A DNA stretch of 64,000 nt, from the NCBI GenBank assembly GCA_951406725.2, contig OX597815.1, positions 92,380,001-92,444,000 on the forward strand. Direction: 5' to 3'. The DNA is from Octopus vulgaris (lineage: Eukaryota). The position numbers and the translations under genes were made by a program. A model generated the notes under the pieces. That model was not told the origin of the DNA. It worked only from the letters and a program-made list of their open reading frames with translations, and did not search any database. Within the stretch, counting starts at the first letter, position 1. Every line of letters begins with the position of its first letter. Below, one piece after another: positions 1 through 11,875 of this stretch.

Positions 1-353
1 GTGTACTCAAGAAGTTTATCTCCCAAGTACATGTTTTTGGGTTCAATCCTACTGCATGGTACTTTGGGTAGGTGTCTTTTACTATAGCTTTGGTTTGACC
101 AAAGCCTTGTGACAGAAACAGGAAGTAACCTGTGTGTGCATGTGTATTTATTTAGTAACATGTATTTTAAACTGTATGTGCATTTGTATGTGTAGAATAG
201 TGGGTAAATAATCATCACATATAGAAGAAGAGAGTATTACTATCACACCTGTGGAAGTAAAGGTATATAACTATCATATTTGTAGGAGTGTGTGTGTGTA
301 AAAATAACACATGTAAGAGAGTGGATCTATAGATGTGTTGAGAGAATACTTAC

Positions 354-481
354 TCTTTAAAATGTCTCCGCCAAAGCCTCCAGTATATACCCAGGCTGAG
401 CTGTCATAGCCAATACCCCAGCTGATATTCAAAGGGTTGGTTTCTACCAGGTGCAAATGTCCACCAACTGGAATCCATTTT
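354..481 (-). CDS. TECPR1: TECPR1 coding exon 13 (gene continues beyond the left edge of the window)
   Basis: ctttag|(P)KWIPVGGHLHLVETNPLNISWGIGYDSSAWVYTGGFGGDILK(a)|gtaagt; 128 nt, phase 2/1; human WRQMGGHLRMVEANSRGVVWGIGYDHTAWVYTGGYGG. Confidence 0.94.
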
Positions 482-1328
482 CTAAAGGAGATAGGTAAGT
501 AAGACAATTATATCAACATCATCATTATATAGCACAAGTGTAGTCCACACCAAAGCACCAACATATTTAAAACAGTGTTTCTGATATATATCCAATATAC
601 AGCTATCTGACCAATTATAAAACCTTCACACTAGCATCATGGGCCTACTGATGTGCTATATCCTTTTTATCTTTATTTTGTAAAATTAGCCAAACCTACT
701 TCCTCTATTTTCTCCTCTTCACACCACTGCCATATTTCAAATTCCACAGACCAGATTATGTGTTCTATAAATAAAACTACTTGCTGAAACCTTCATCTCT
801 GCAGCTGCAATCCTTGGAACTTCCTGCCTGTTCATATATCTACCACATCTATGTGAGTTACAACAGTTACATACTGCCATACCATGCATGTATGTATGTA
901 TGTATATAAACGTAAATGCATAAATGCCACAGTTCTGTGACAGTGTACATGTATAGGTAGATAATTACCATATCCCTTTGCAGAGAGCTGGCAGAACAGT
1001 TAGAGTGTTGGAGAGAATGCTTTGCAGTATTCATTGATTCTCTGCACTCCGAGATCAACTTTATCTTTCGTTGTTTTGGGGGTCGCTAAAAAAGTACCAA
1101 TCAATTATTGAAGTTGATCTCTCTCTCTCTCTCTGGAAGAAAGGACGGAAAGAATTGCCAGTGTTCAAACCTGGAGAAGGCGGGCTATGTCAAGTTTAAA
1201 ATTCCCAAGACACACTTTACTCTTTAGAATGTCTCCTCCAAAGCCTCCAGTATATACTATGTCACAATAGCGACTTTCTATATCCATTAAGAATTGTGGA
1301 TTCAAAGTAGGAAAGAAGGAACACAGGT

Positions 1329-2890
1329 GCATCAACATCATCATCATCATTGTCGTTTAACGTCCGCTTTCCATGCTAGCATGGGTTGGATGGTTTGACT
1401 GTGGGCTGGTGAACCGGATGGCTGCACCAAGCTCCAGTCTTGATCTGGCAGAGTTTCTACAGCTGGATGCCCTTCCTAACGCCAACCACTTCGAGAGTGT
1501 AGTGGGTGCTTTTACGTGCCACCGGCACAGGGGCCAGTCAGGCGGTACTGGCAACGACCTCACTAGAATTTTTTGGGCTAGACAGGCAGTACTGGCAACG
1601 ACCTCGCTTGAATTTTTTTACACATGCCAACGGCACAGGTGCCAGTAAGGCGATGCTGGTAACGATCCCGCTCGAATGGTGCCTCCTACATGCCACCGGC
1701 ATGGAAGCCAGTTAGCCACTCTGGCAACGATCACACTCAGATGGTGCTCTTAGCACTCTACTGGCACAGGCAAACAAGGTTATGGTCTCATTTGGCTTGC
1801 CGGGTCTTCTCAAGCACAGCATATTTTCAGAGGTTTCGGTCACTAGTCATTTCCTTCGTGAGGCCTTAAGTTAGAAGGTCGTGCTTCACCACTTCATCCC
1901 AGGTCTTTCTGGGTCTACCTCTTCCACAGGTTCCCTCAACCGCTAGGGTGTGGCACTTTTTCACACAGAAATCCTCATCCATTCTCGCTACATAACCATA
2001 CCAGCGCAGTCGTCTCTCTTGCACACCACATCTGATGCTTCTGAGGTCCAACATTTCTCTCAAGGTACTTACACTCTGTTGAGTATGCACACTGACATTA
2101 CACATCCATCAGATCATACTGGCTTCATTCCTTGTGAGCTTATGCATGTCCTCAGCGGTCACAGCCCATGTTTCACTGCCATGTAGCATGGCTGTTCGTA
2201 CACATGCATCATACAGTCTACCTTTTACTCTGAACGAGAGGCTCTTGGTTACCAGCAGGGTAAGAGCTCTCTGAACTTTGCCCAAGCTATTCTTATTCTA
2301 GCAGCTACACTTTCAGAGCACCCTTCCCCGCTACTGACTTGGTCACCTAGGTAACAGAAGCTATCAACTACTAGTTTTTCTCCCTGGAATGTGGCGGAAG
2401 TTGTTCGCTGCACATTGTCAGTGTTTATTGCACCCGAGCATCTGCCACATACAAAAGCTATCTTCCCAGTTAGCCATCCTTTGATATTGCTGCACCTCTT
2501 ATGTGTCCATAGCTTACACTGGGTACATCTTATAGAGTTTCTACCTACGCCTCTACTACAGATCAAGCAGGGCCATCTACCTGAAGGGATTTGTGGTTTG
2601 CCTGCCTTCCTGCTTATTAGGACTTTGGTTTTAGCTACGTTGACTCTAAGGCCCTTTGCTTCTAATCCTTGTTTCCACACTTGAAACTTCTCCCCTAGTT
2701 CTGATAGTGACTCAGTAATTAGAGCAAGGTCATCAGCATAGAGGAGCTCTCAGGGGCATCCTGTCTTGAATTCCTCCGTTATTGCCTGGAGGACTATGAT
2801 AAATAGGAGGGGGCTGAGGACTGAACCTTGGTGGACCCCTACCTCTACCCTGAATTCTTCAGTGTACTCATTGCCAACCCTCACCTTACT
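1329..2890 (-). mobile_element. 5'-truncated RTE-type LINE (RT with PHD-like insertion, 3'UTR, (GAT)n tail), frameshifted
   Basis: Translates to GVHQGSVLSPLLF, LLYADDLAL, WPCLIC...CTQC..WTHKRC...[39 protein letters not shown]; tail ggacgttaaacga(tga)n. Confidence 0.9.
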
Positions 2891-3092
2891 TACTTGCATA
2901 TCTAGCATATTTTTAGCAGAATGAGTATATTACTATCACATCTCTGTGACAGCAAGTGAATAATTGTGAGTGAGATAACATCTTAGAGATGCTATACATA
3001 TGTATAACATCTCCAAAAGTATATAACTATACACCCAGTACACACAGTCACACACTGCACCTGTTACACTCGATAAATTGGTTGATGTATGC

Positions 3093-4321
3093 CATAAAGC
3101 AGTTCAAAGAAGGCTTGACATGGATATGCAGAATGACACAGGTTTGAACATGCCCTTGAAGTCAATTGTAACTGCCAAGTGTTGACTGAGAATATCAATG
3201 CCAATGATGACCAGAGCTACAAGGTGGTCAGCTACAAGGAAATTAATGTTATATGCGTTTTTTCCCAGTTGTAATTTGCTACTGAATTTGCCTTTAATCT
3301 CCAGTGCTGTGTTAACTTTTATGGGCAGGTATGATTGTATTGTAATCCCCAGACTGCAAGAAGATTTACTTCTGTAAATGTCCTGTCAGAACCCATGTCA
3401 AGAAGGGCTTGTGTATTGTTGCCCTTAATTTTAACAGGTACCAATATCCTGTACTGTTTGTTATTGCTAAAAGGATGGATGATAAGGTTCCATCACTGTT
3501 TTCCTCTGAGTTGCTCTCTGGCTTTGTGATAGTTGCTGTTTTAGGGAAGTTTCATTTGTTTCTTGGAGGCTTTTTTGAGAGGTAGACTTACTCCCAGTGG
3601 CCTTTCTTCTGACAGCTTTTGCAAGTGGAGTTTCTCACAGGGCATTGATTTTTTTAATGGATATTTCCACTGCACCAAAAGCATGCTGATTTAGCGACTT
3701 CAAGGTGGGGTGGTTGATCGATACTAGCTGAGCCTTGTTATAGGTTGCAAGTGTCTTCAGTGGCCACCTCCATGGTTTGAGCAAGCTTATAGAGTGTTTC
3801 TAAGCTGTCATCTGATGACTCGAGAAACCTTTGTCTGATTGATGGTGATTGAAGCCCAGCCACAAAGGCATCCTCAATTAGAATTTCTCAGTAATAGTTT
3901 GCCGTTAGGGCTTGGATTTTACACTTCTTGGCCAGTACCTGAAGGCTTGACATGAATTCTTCTATAGACTGATTTTCCTTTTGTTTTCGACTTCATAGCT
4001 TTTGGTGGACAGCAGTGATTAATAGTTTAGACAGCGAGCAGAAATAAAGTTTGAATAAAATTTGTCATAAACCAGTTCAAAGAAGGCTTGACATGAATAT
4101 GCAGAATGACCCAGGTTTGAACATGCCCTTGAAGTCAATTGTAACTGCCAAGTGTTGACTGAGAATATCAATGCCAATGATGACCAGAGCTACAAGGTGG
4201 TCGGCCACAAGGAAATTAGCATTATATGCGTTATTTCCCAGTTGTAATTTGCTACTGAATTTGCCTTTAATCTCCAGTGCTGTGTTGTTGGCCAAGTTAA
4301 CTTTTTCTGGGCAGGTATGAT
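3093..4321 (-). mobile_element. Decayed Gypsy-like LTR retrotransposon gag-protease fragment with an internal ~240 bp duplication
   Basis: Minus-strand translation gives IFVPVKIKGNNTQALLDMGSDRTF (aspartic protease D-x-G motif), IIGIDILSQH, and a CKSCQKKGHW zinc-knuckle-like segment. Multiple stops. Confidence 0.7.
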
Positions 4322-4585
4322 CATATTGTATGATCATACAGTGTCTCCATTGTTGCCACCTAAGCATAATAATTGTAAAATACCTAGGCAATGTAGTAGA
4401 AAGGAAAAGTTCTAGATTATATAAAACACCACATGATTTTGAATTAATCCCACCATGTGTTACTTCTGGTGTCATACCATAACCTCAGGTTGGCTCAAGT
4501 CTTGAAAGTGAATGTGAGTAGATGGAAACTGTACAGTAGCCAATCAGGTGAACTGTACTAATTGTTAGGTTATAGCCTGCTTTAA

Positions 4586-4783
4586 CCTATTAGCATTTAA
4601 ACTGGCCATCTGGCCCAAATATTCTACCTTTTTTATGTTCGAACAGGCAGATTAGGCCTATCACACCTACCCTACAATGTCATTCTAAAAATAAGAAATC
4701 ACACCATAAAAATCTTTAAGCTACAACATAATGCATGATTGATTCAAAACAATGAATAATTAAATAATACATTTGACAAAGGG
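4586..4783. mobile_element. piggyBac-like MITE (TTAA-flanked), decayed
   Basis: TTAA|cctattagcattt ... aaaggg|TTAA; same family as 55458..55677 in the opposite orientation. Confidence 0.6.
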
Positions 4784-4968
4784 TTAACAGCACTATCTTG
4801 ACCTTAGGTATATTTTGCATTAGAACTTGGTTTCCAGTCTAAGAATAAGTTATGAGTCATAGTTTTTTTCCTCTCTTATGCCTCAAAGCCGTGGACACTT
4901 TGCAATACATCAAGCATGCTGCCAAAACAAATGCCAAGTAAAATATTAATGAAAATGAATATTCTTAC

Positions 4969-5135
4969 GGAGAAAAGTTCTTCAATGTTCCAGAGGAACT
5001 GCTATCTGACATGCTGTTTGTTGGGTCATAAACAAAAATATCTCCACGGACCATTGTTGACCATACTGCGCCTGGTTGAACGCCAAGACTCAAGTACCTG
5101 TGTTTGGAGACAGATGAAATATTCAGGGTGGATAC
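4969..5135 (-). CDS. TECPR1: TECPR1 coding exon 12
   Basis: ttgcag|VSTLNISSVSKHRYLSLGVQPGAVWSTMVRGDIFVYDPTNSMSDSSSSGTLKNFS(cc)|gtaaga; 167 nt, ends in phase 2; human AIWSITCKGDIFVSEP. Confidence 0.9.
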
Positions 5136-6029
5136 CTGCAATGGAAAAACAATTTGTTCATGTAAAACTAGAACAGCTTTATACATATGAGTCAATGAGT
5201 GAGCTTCAACATGATTACTTTACTTGCTAGAAATAGTAACCAACTCTCACACAAAACACATACTACCATCTAATACAATGTGGGGTACATCATATAATAT
5301 AGTCCCTAAAATGATAGGAGAGCCATGGCTGGAATGGTTTTAATCATAGGTCTGTTTGACCACAGCTGAGCTGAGGATAAACAACAAAAGTATCATCATC
5401 AAAGAGAGAAAATGCCAGTGAAAAGGTAGATTTGGAAACACCCCATTTCACCAAACTAAACTGAGTTAAAGTTTTGGTGGTATTAGGAACAGTAGTAGCA
5501 TAGACACATAGTAAGGATGGTGAGGAGAGAAAAGTGGATTGGTTGAACTTAGGAAGGGATAACAGACAACTTTCTAACTTTGAGTTTTAGTTTGACCCCC
5601 ATATCAATCCTGATTGAATAGATCTATGGTCAAAGGCATTTCAACTGTGATCATCTCATTTTTATGTATATCAGGTATTATATGGTGCACTCTATCCTTA
5701 ATTAAAATAGTTGGATATGATAATTAAGAAATTTAGCTGCTATTTCTAGTAGATCAAGTGACTGCATAATGAATTAAGGGGGAACTTCTACATGTTCACT
5801 AGACCTGTTACAAATAAGAGTCAAATCTCTCCGGTCACAACCTACCATCTTACAAAAGAAAGGACACACTGGATAATGTAATAAAGACAGGATGGCCACA
5901 GCTGGATGCTTTTGATTATAGATTTTTCAAAGACAACCTAAGTTTAAACAACAAAGCATAGTAACATTAACAAGACAGCAACAATACCAACATTAACATA
6001 TTGAGAGCCATATAGTAAAGTGAACTTAC

Positions 6030-6182
6030 CCAATCATCAATATCTGCTTCATTAATGGATGATAGAAGAATTGGTGATGTATGACTGACTTCTGGACTCA
6101 CATGAATGGCCATTTGATACTGTCGTAATGGTTCACTGATGCGACAGGTACACAACACTTCATTCAGTGGAATCTGTAGATG
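6030..6182 (-). CDS. TECPR1: TECPR1 coding exon 11 (PH domain, C part)
   Basis: tttcag|HLQIPLNEVLCTCRISEPLRQYQMAIHVSPEVSHTSPILLSSINEADIDDW|gtaagt; 153 nt; PH C-terminal helix E.D..DW. Confidence 0.9.
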
Positions 6183-6335
6183 CTGAAATACAGAAGAAAT
6201 GTTCAGAATATTTGAATGTAGCATAGAAACATGTTTCATGCCTATTGGGGAAGGTATGTGTGTCACTTCACCATATCTCCTTCCTAGATGCCATGCTTTA
6301 TGAAAGCAACTATTATTTAACATTAACATATTCTA

Positions 6336-6550
6336 AAGTGGTAAGCTGACAGAATTGTTAGCATGCCAGGCAAAATGCTTAGCAGCATTTCATCCTTCTT
6401 TTCATTCTGAGTTCAAATTCTGCCATGGTTGATTTTGCTTTGCATCCTTTCAGGGTTGATAAAATAAGTACCAGTTGAGTCCTGGGGCTGATGTAATCAA
6501 CTCATCATCCTCTGAAATTGCTGGCCTTAAGCCAAAATTTGAAACCAATA
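6336..6550 (+). mobile_element. tRNA-derived SINE, family A (CpG-decayed copy)
   Basis: gagttcaaatt B-box-like motif plus gctttgcatcctttcaggg...gataaaataagtaccagt core; homologous to 52827..53050 and 8279..8470. Confidence 0.75.
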
Positions 6551-7902
6551 TAAACACATTATAGATGCAGAGATAGCTGAATGGTTAAGAAATTTGTTTT
6601 GTAATCATAAAACAAAAGAGATTTGATTCCACTGAGTAATATCTTGAACGAGTGTCACCTACCAGAGCCTCAGGCCAACCCAAACCTTGTGAATGAAACT
6701 AAAATATGTAGACAGAAACTGTGTGAAGGCCTATTATATGGACTGTACCTGTAATCCTTTGGTCTAGCTTTGTTAGACACGATCATACCAATTCCATATA
6801 AGGAATATGTGGAATACTCAGCTACTCATGCTGTGTTTGCCTGAGAATTACATTAAAGACACAAGTACCTTTAATATAATCCAACTGTCACCCTTCTCTA
6901 CCACATGACTCTCCCTGCCAAGTGACTCTTCAATGATATCTACCACTCATACTCACTCACCATCACCCATCTCTGTTACTATCCATCATTTGCTCTCTCT
7001 TTTTTTTTTTTATCTTGACACATCTTTATAGCTACCTGATCACACTATTCATGCTATCTCCAACAATCAGTATGTAGATAACACTTTCTTTCCTACCCTC
7101 ATATTCTGTTTCTCCTGTCACACTCATACATTTTCTTCTTTTGTGCTCATAGTCAACATTTTGTTGACACTCTTGGTAATGATTGCTTGAAAGAACAATA
7201 GCAATGAAAGGCAGAGAGGAGTTTTTAGTCTTGCAAAGACCATGGCAACCCCACTAGTATGCACCCAATACAATCCATAAAGTATGCACCCAATACAATC
7301 CATAAAGTGATTGGACAGACAATATATTATGTATGTTAAAATCAGAGATTACCTTGTGGATAGGGCATTGTTACCAGTCAAGACATCAATGGTTCATATT
7401 CTGTCGACAGCAATGTAGTTGCATCAGTATAACTAAGTGGATAGGACACTGAACAAGAGTTCAGCAGTTCATATCATGATACTAGCACTGTATGGTTGTG
7501 TCTATGATCAAGTTCTGAAATGGTCCCGTTTACCTTATAGTAAATAAATACCACAAAATAGAACGGCATACCAATAAAAGGTGTGGCTACACTATAAAAT
7601 TGTCAGCTTGCAGTGCTGAATTCAACTCCTCTCAAAGGTAAATAGCTTAGAGAGAGATGGTCACTTCACTAGGTTAATGTCCCTTATTTCCTAAATAGAT
7701 ATGACAATAGAGTTTACAGAGATACATTAAGAATCAAATGGGTTAAGGCAGTGGTTCCCAAACTGACAAATACCAGCCCCATCTACACCAAATATTACTA
7801 AAATTTTCTTGGATATATTTTCATTTCTATCTCTACCATTACAGGAAGAACTTGAAAGATGGAATTACTGAACTAGAGGCTGGGCAAAAGATGATAACTT
7901 AC

Positions 7903-8055
7903 CATATGATTAGATTTAACAACATAATGTATTGTAAATGTGCTTGGTTCACAGACAGTGTCCATTCCTTGTTCAAACTCTACATTACATTCAATCCATT
8001 TGGACTTTTGTGGATTCTCTAACCAATAAAGACTCCCTTTCTTGATCCAAGAGAC
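7903..8055 (-). CDS. TECPR1: TECPR1 coding exon 10 (PH domain, N part)
   Basis: tttcag|VSWIKKGSLYWLENPQKSKWIECNVEFEQGMDTVCEPSTFTIHYVVKSNHM|gtaagt; 153 nt. Confidence 0.9.
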
Positions 8056-8278
8056 CTGAAAATATTTTGGTTAACAACTTCAATGGAAATAAAGGTTAGA
8101 GGGCATTAGGAATTTTAGGTCACAATGTGTTAATTAAAGAGCTTGGTGTAATTAGCATATATATTTTAAGGAGCTTCTGTTTGTTATATCACTAGTTAAA
8201 ATAACAAATAAAGAGTGAATTGAAAACCCCTTATGTACCAAGAAGCTGACAGGGAGCCGGAAAGTATTAATATGTGTA

Positions 8279-8470
8279 AGGCAGTGAGCTGGCAGAATTG
8301 TTAGCATGCCAGGCACAATACTTAAAAGTATTTTGTCCATCTAAGTTCAAATCTACTGTGGCCAACTTTGCCTTCCATCATTTCAGGGTACCAGTTGAGT
8401 ACTGGGGTTGATGCAATTGACTTATATCTACCTCTGAAATTGCTGAACTTATGCCAAAGTTTGAAAGCAA
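8279..8470 (+). mobile_element. tRNA-derived SINE, family A
   Basis: gagctggcagaattgttagcatgccaggc...gttcaaatct...tttgccttccatc...gtaccagttgagtactggggttgatg. Confidence 0.7.
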
Positions 8471-8489
8471 TATTTTAGGGTTTTGTGAA

Positions 8490-9890
8490 TTACAGTTACT
8501 TTTCGATACCTTAGTTATCAAAAAATACCTTGTAACTAAGTACTGATACATACCTTAGCTATCGCATAATACTTTGTAGTTCAGTACCTTATTTATGATA
8601 TTCTACAATGTTGCTGTTATGACATTACTCTATAGCTCAGTATCTTAGCTATGATATAGTTCCTTGTAATTTTGAACCCTAGTTATGATACAGTGCCTTG
8701 TAGCATGGATATGTAGTAAATGTGATAGCAATGTGTAGGCCAATAACTTCACTAAGACACAGTAACATATATAGTTCAATTCCTCAAACATACCAATGTA
8801 ATTTGTTGTTCAGTTCTTTATAATTGTGTATCTTAGCTATGACTTAGTCCTTTACAACAATATACCTTAGTTACAACTCAATGCTTGAGATTGCAGATCT
8901 TAATCAGGATTGTGTACAACTCAGTATTTTATGACTGTGCCCTAGTTATAACTCCCCACTTTACAACAGTATATTTTAGTTATGACTCGGTATTTTATGA
9001 GTGTGACTTTACTCATGATACAGTATTTATCACTGAGCCATAACTTAGTTATGACTCAATACTTTATGACTGTGTATCTTAATTATTATTCAGTACTATA
9101 AACTGTGTATTTCAATTAAGACTTTGTGATTGTGTACTATAATCATCACTCAGTACTTTATAACTGTGTAACTTAGTTATGATTCAGAACTTTATAACTG
9201 TGTATCTTAGTACCTGACTATGTACCTTACTTATGATTCAATACTTTATGTCTTATTAACACCTAATTAGTTATGTTTCAGTACCTTGCATTTACAAAGT
9301 CTATTGCAGATAACATGTCCACAAGACTTGGAACCTATCAACAAGATCTGTAGCATGCAGTATGTTCAGATGATCAAGAAATTATTTGCAATGAATATGA
9401 ATCCACAACCCAAGTACTGAGAGTTTGAGACTATATATATATATATATATTTGTATTGTTATGAAGTGCTGGACATCTAATATATACTTTGGTACTTTAG
9501 TCATGACTAAGTATTTTGTTATTCCTAAATATCATATATAAAATTTTATAGTTATAGTTTGATTCTTTAGTCATGGCTATCTATCTTAACTATAGGTATC
9601 ACTATTATGATGAGCTATTTTGATGTCACTAGATAGGTAATGTTGGTATCAAAGAATTTTAGTTATAGCTGGATACTTTATATATAGCTTGTTACTTTAG
9701 TTATAGTTAGGACCTTAGGTATGGCTAGATTTCTTAATCATGCTACATATCTTAGTTATAATGAGGTACCTCTGTTACAGGAAAGTACTTCTGATACAGT
9801 TGAGTACTTTATATATGGCTAGGTAATTTAGTTATTAAGAACTGTAATTTATGACAAGGTTACATAGTAATGGGTAGGTGCCTTAGTTAT
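8490..9890. repeat. Degenerate minisatellite-like array with a recurring cttagttatga(c/t) motif
   Basis: Dozens of imperfect cttagttatgactcagtactttatgactgtgta-like units. Confidence 0.6.
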
Positions 9891-9981
9891 GAGAAGCAAA
9901 TTTGCGGATAAAAACCAGAGCAGCAGCAATTTCTAATGTACCAAAGTAAATAACAAAGGAAACAAAACAGTATACACCTAC

Positions 9982-10130
9982 CTTCTCCACAGCATGTTCC
10001 ATGTGCGCAAATAATGTCACTTCTTTGTAGTTGCGTGTTTGAAGTCGTTGAAGAATTGTTGTACGAAGGGCTGGTGCTAGCAGAATGGTAGAATCATCAA
10101 TAATGCTACTTGTTGAACCAGTCGTATGCC
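9982..10130 (-). CDS. TECPR1: TECPR1 coding exon 9 (ATG5-interacting region)
   Basis: ttgcag|(R)HTTGSTSSIIDDSTILLAPALRTTILQRLQTRNYKEVTLFAHMEHAVEK|gtaggt; 149 nt, phase 1/0; human AWRKQIFQQLTERTKRELENFRHYEQAVEQ. Confidence 0.88.
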
Positions 10131-10869
10131 CTGCAAGAGATAATTCAAGAATATTAAATCTAGTCTATATCAGTGATTAAGTTGACAAAATATAGATTAG
10201 ATTCCTAAAATTTGTACAAAGCACTGGAAATGACTGTTGATGCTTAGCTCCAGGTCAGAACTGACCCAGCACAACTATGATTGAGGGAGATTTAGCTGCT
10301 ATTTGTAGCAGATCGAGTGACTACATAAAGTGGATTCAGTTTAGTACAGATCTAATCTCTATGAAAGGATAGCTGGTTGCCTTCATTATAAATATACTAA
10401 TATTGTCATTGATGGTGACGTTGTTGGGGGTGGAGCAGGGTGTTGTGGTATTGTAAATTTGAGAGTGACTGACAAAATAATTAGCAATATTTAGTTACAC
10501 CCCAAATTCAAATCTTGCAAGGGTTAATTTCATCATTAACCCTGAATTTCATGTTTCCAATTATTCCAATGTTTGAACATGGCCATAGGCCTTGGGTCAG
10601 AACAAGTAAAAGAGTAATCAGGAATATTAAACCAAGTTACAATTAAGAAGCTTCAGCATTCAATAACAGTTTTTATTGTTAAAAATTTGTCTGGACACTT
10701 CATGCCTTCAAAGCCATGTTGAGTAAGTGACCATTAACTTAAAAAAACAGCTAAGAATTAGCATCAGGAATGTGCCTGGCCATAAAACAATGCCTCAAAT
10801 ATCATATTCATCCAAGCATGGAAAAACAGGCCAAAAAGGAACAAAACAAATGTGTGTGTGTGTGGCTGA

Positions 10870-11225
10870 CTGACCTGTTTAAAAGTACCCTCTAATCGTT
10901 GGGCAATATGCTGTGCTTGAGAAGATCTATTGAGTCAAGTGAAATCGTTGTCGTGGCCGATACCAGTGCCACCTGACTGGCATGTAAAAAGCACCATTTG
11001 AGCGTGGTTGTTGCTAGTGCCACCTGACTGGACCCTGTGCTGGTGACAGGTAAAAAGCACCCACTACACTCTCAGAGTGGTTGGCATTAGGAAGAGCATC
11101 CAGCTGTAGAAACCTTGCCAGAACAGATTAGAGCCTGGCACAGCCTCCTGGCTTGCCAGTCCTCAATCATACTGTCCAACTCATGCCAGTATAGAAGGTG
11201 GACATTAAAAGATGATGTTGATGAT
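10870..11225 (+). mobile_element. 3' end/3'UTR fragment of the (GAT)n-tailed RTE-type LINE
   Basis: aaaaagcacccactacactctcagagtggttggcattaggaagagcatccagctgtagaaac...gatgatgttgatgatgat. Confidence 0.75.
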
Positions 11226-11875
11226 GATATATATATGTTCTATCCAAAACTGTATTTGAAATTTATCTGTTATTTTTGTTCAATCATGTTACCAGCCTTT
11301 TTCAAATTTTGCAAACTGGTATCAATGGTGGAAAATGTGTTCCATTAAAAATATTTTACTATTTTCTAATTTGTTTTTATAAATTCTTAAATGTAATTTC
11401 ATTGTTTACTTATTGTGATCATATAAATATTAAAATGCTATTTGAAAGGCAGGAGGAAAAGAGAGTTATTTCACTACTTATTTGGAAAGGTGATTCTCAG
11501 TGGAGCTGAATCTGAAAGAATGTGATTGGGATGTGAAAACCAGTGGAATAACAATACCTTTCTTGAAAAGCAAGTGAGGACTGGCTATTATTGGAAGAGC
11601 ATCTTACTGTAGAATACAGCCTCAATAACTCTTGTTCAAACTATACAAGCATAGAAAAAGTGAAAGGGGAAAAGAATAATAATACACATGTGAGTATGTA
11701 CATGTATTATATTTAACATGCCCTATAATTGCAGTCTCTTTGGAATGAGATTGTCTGTATGTAACCTTAATTATGTGTTTGACGTCCAAATTAAAGCACA
11801 CAAACACATGCTCACACAAGCCAACACACTTTGAGTAAAGAAATATATTAGTCTGAAGTTCAAAAGATAACTTAC

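Noticed and set aside
11558-11606. Possible small exon (ctacag|taagatgc...gaaag|gtattg) after exon 8
   Set aside because: It is 49 nt and would shift the frame; exons 8 and 9 already join in phase.
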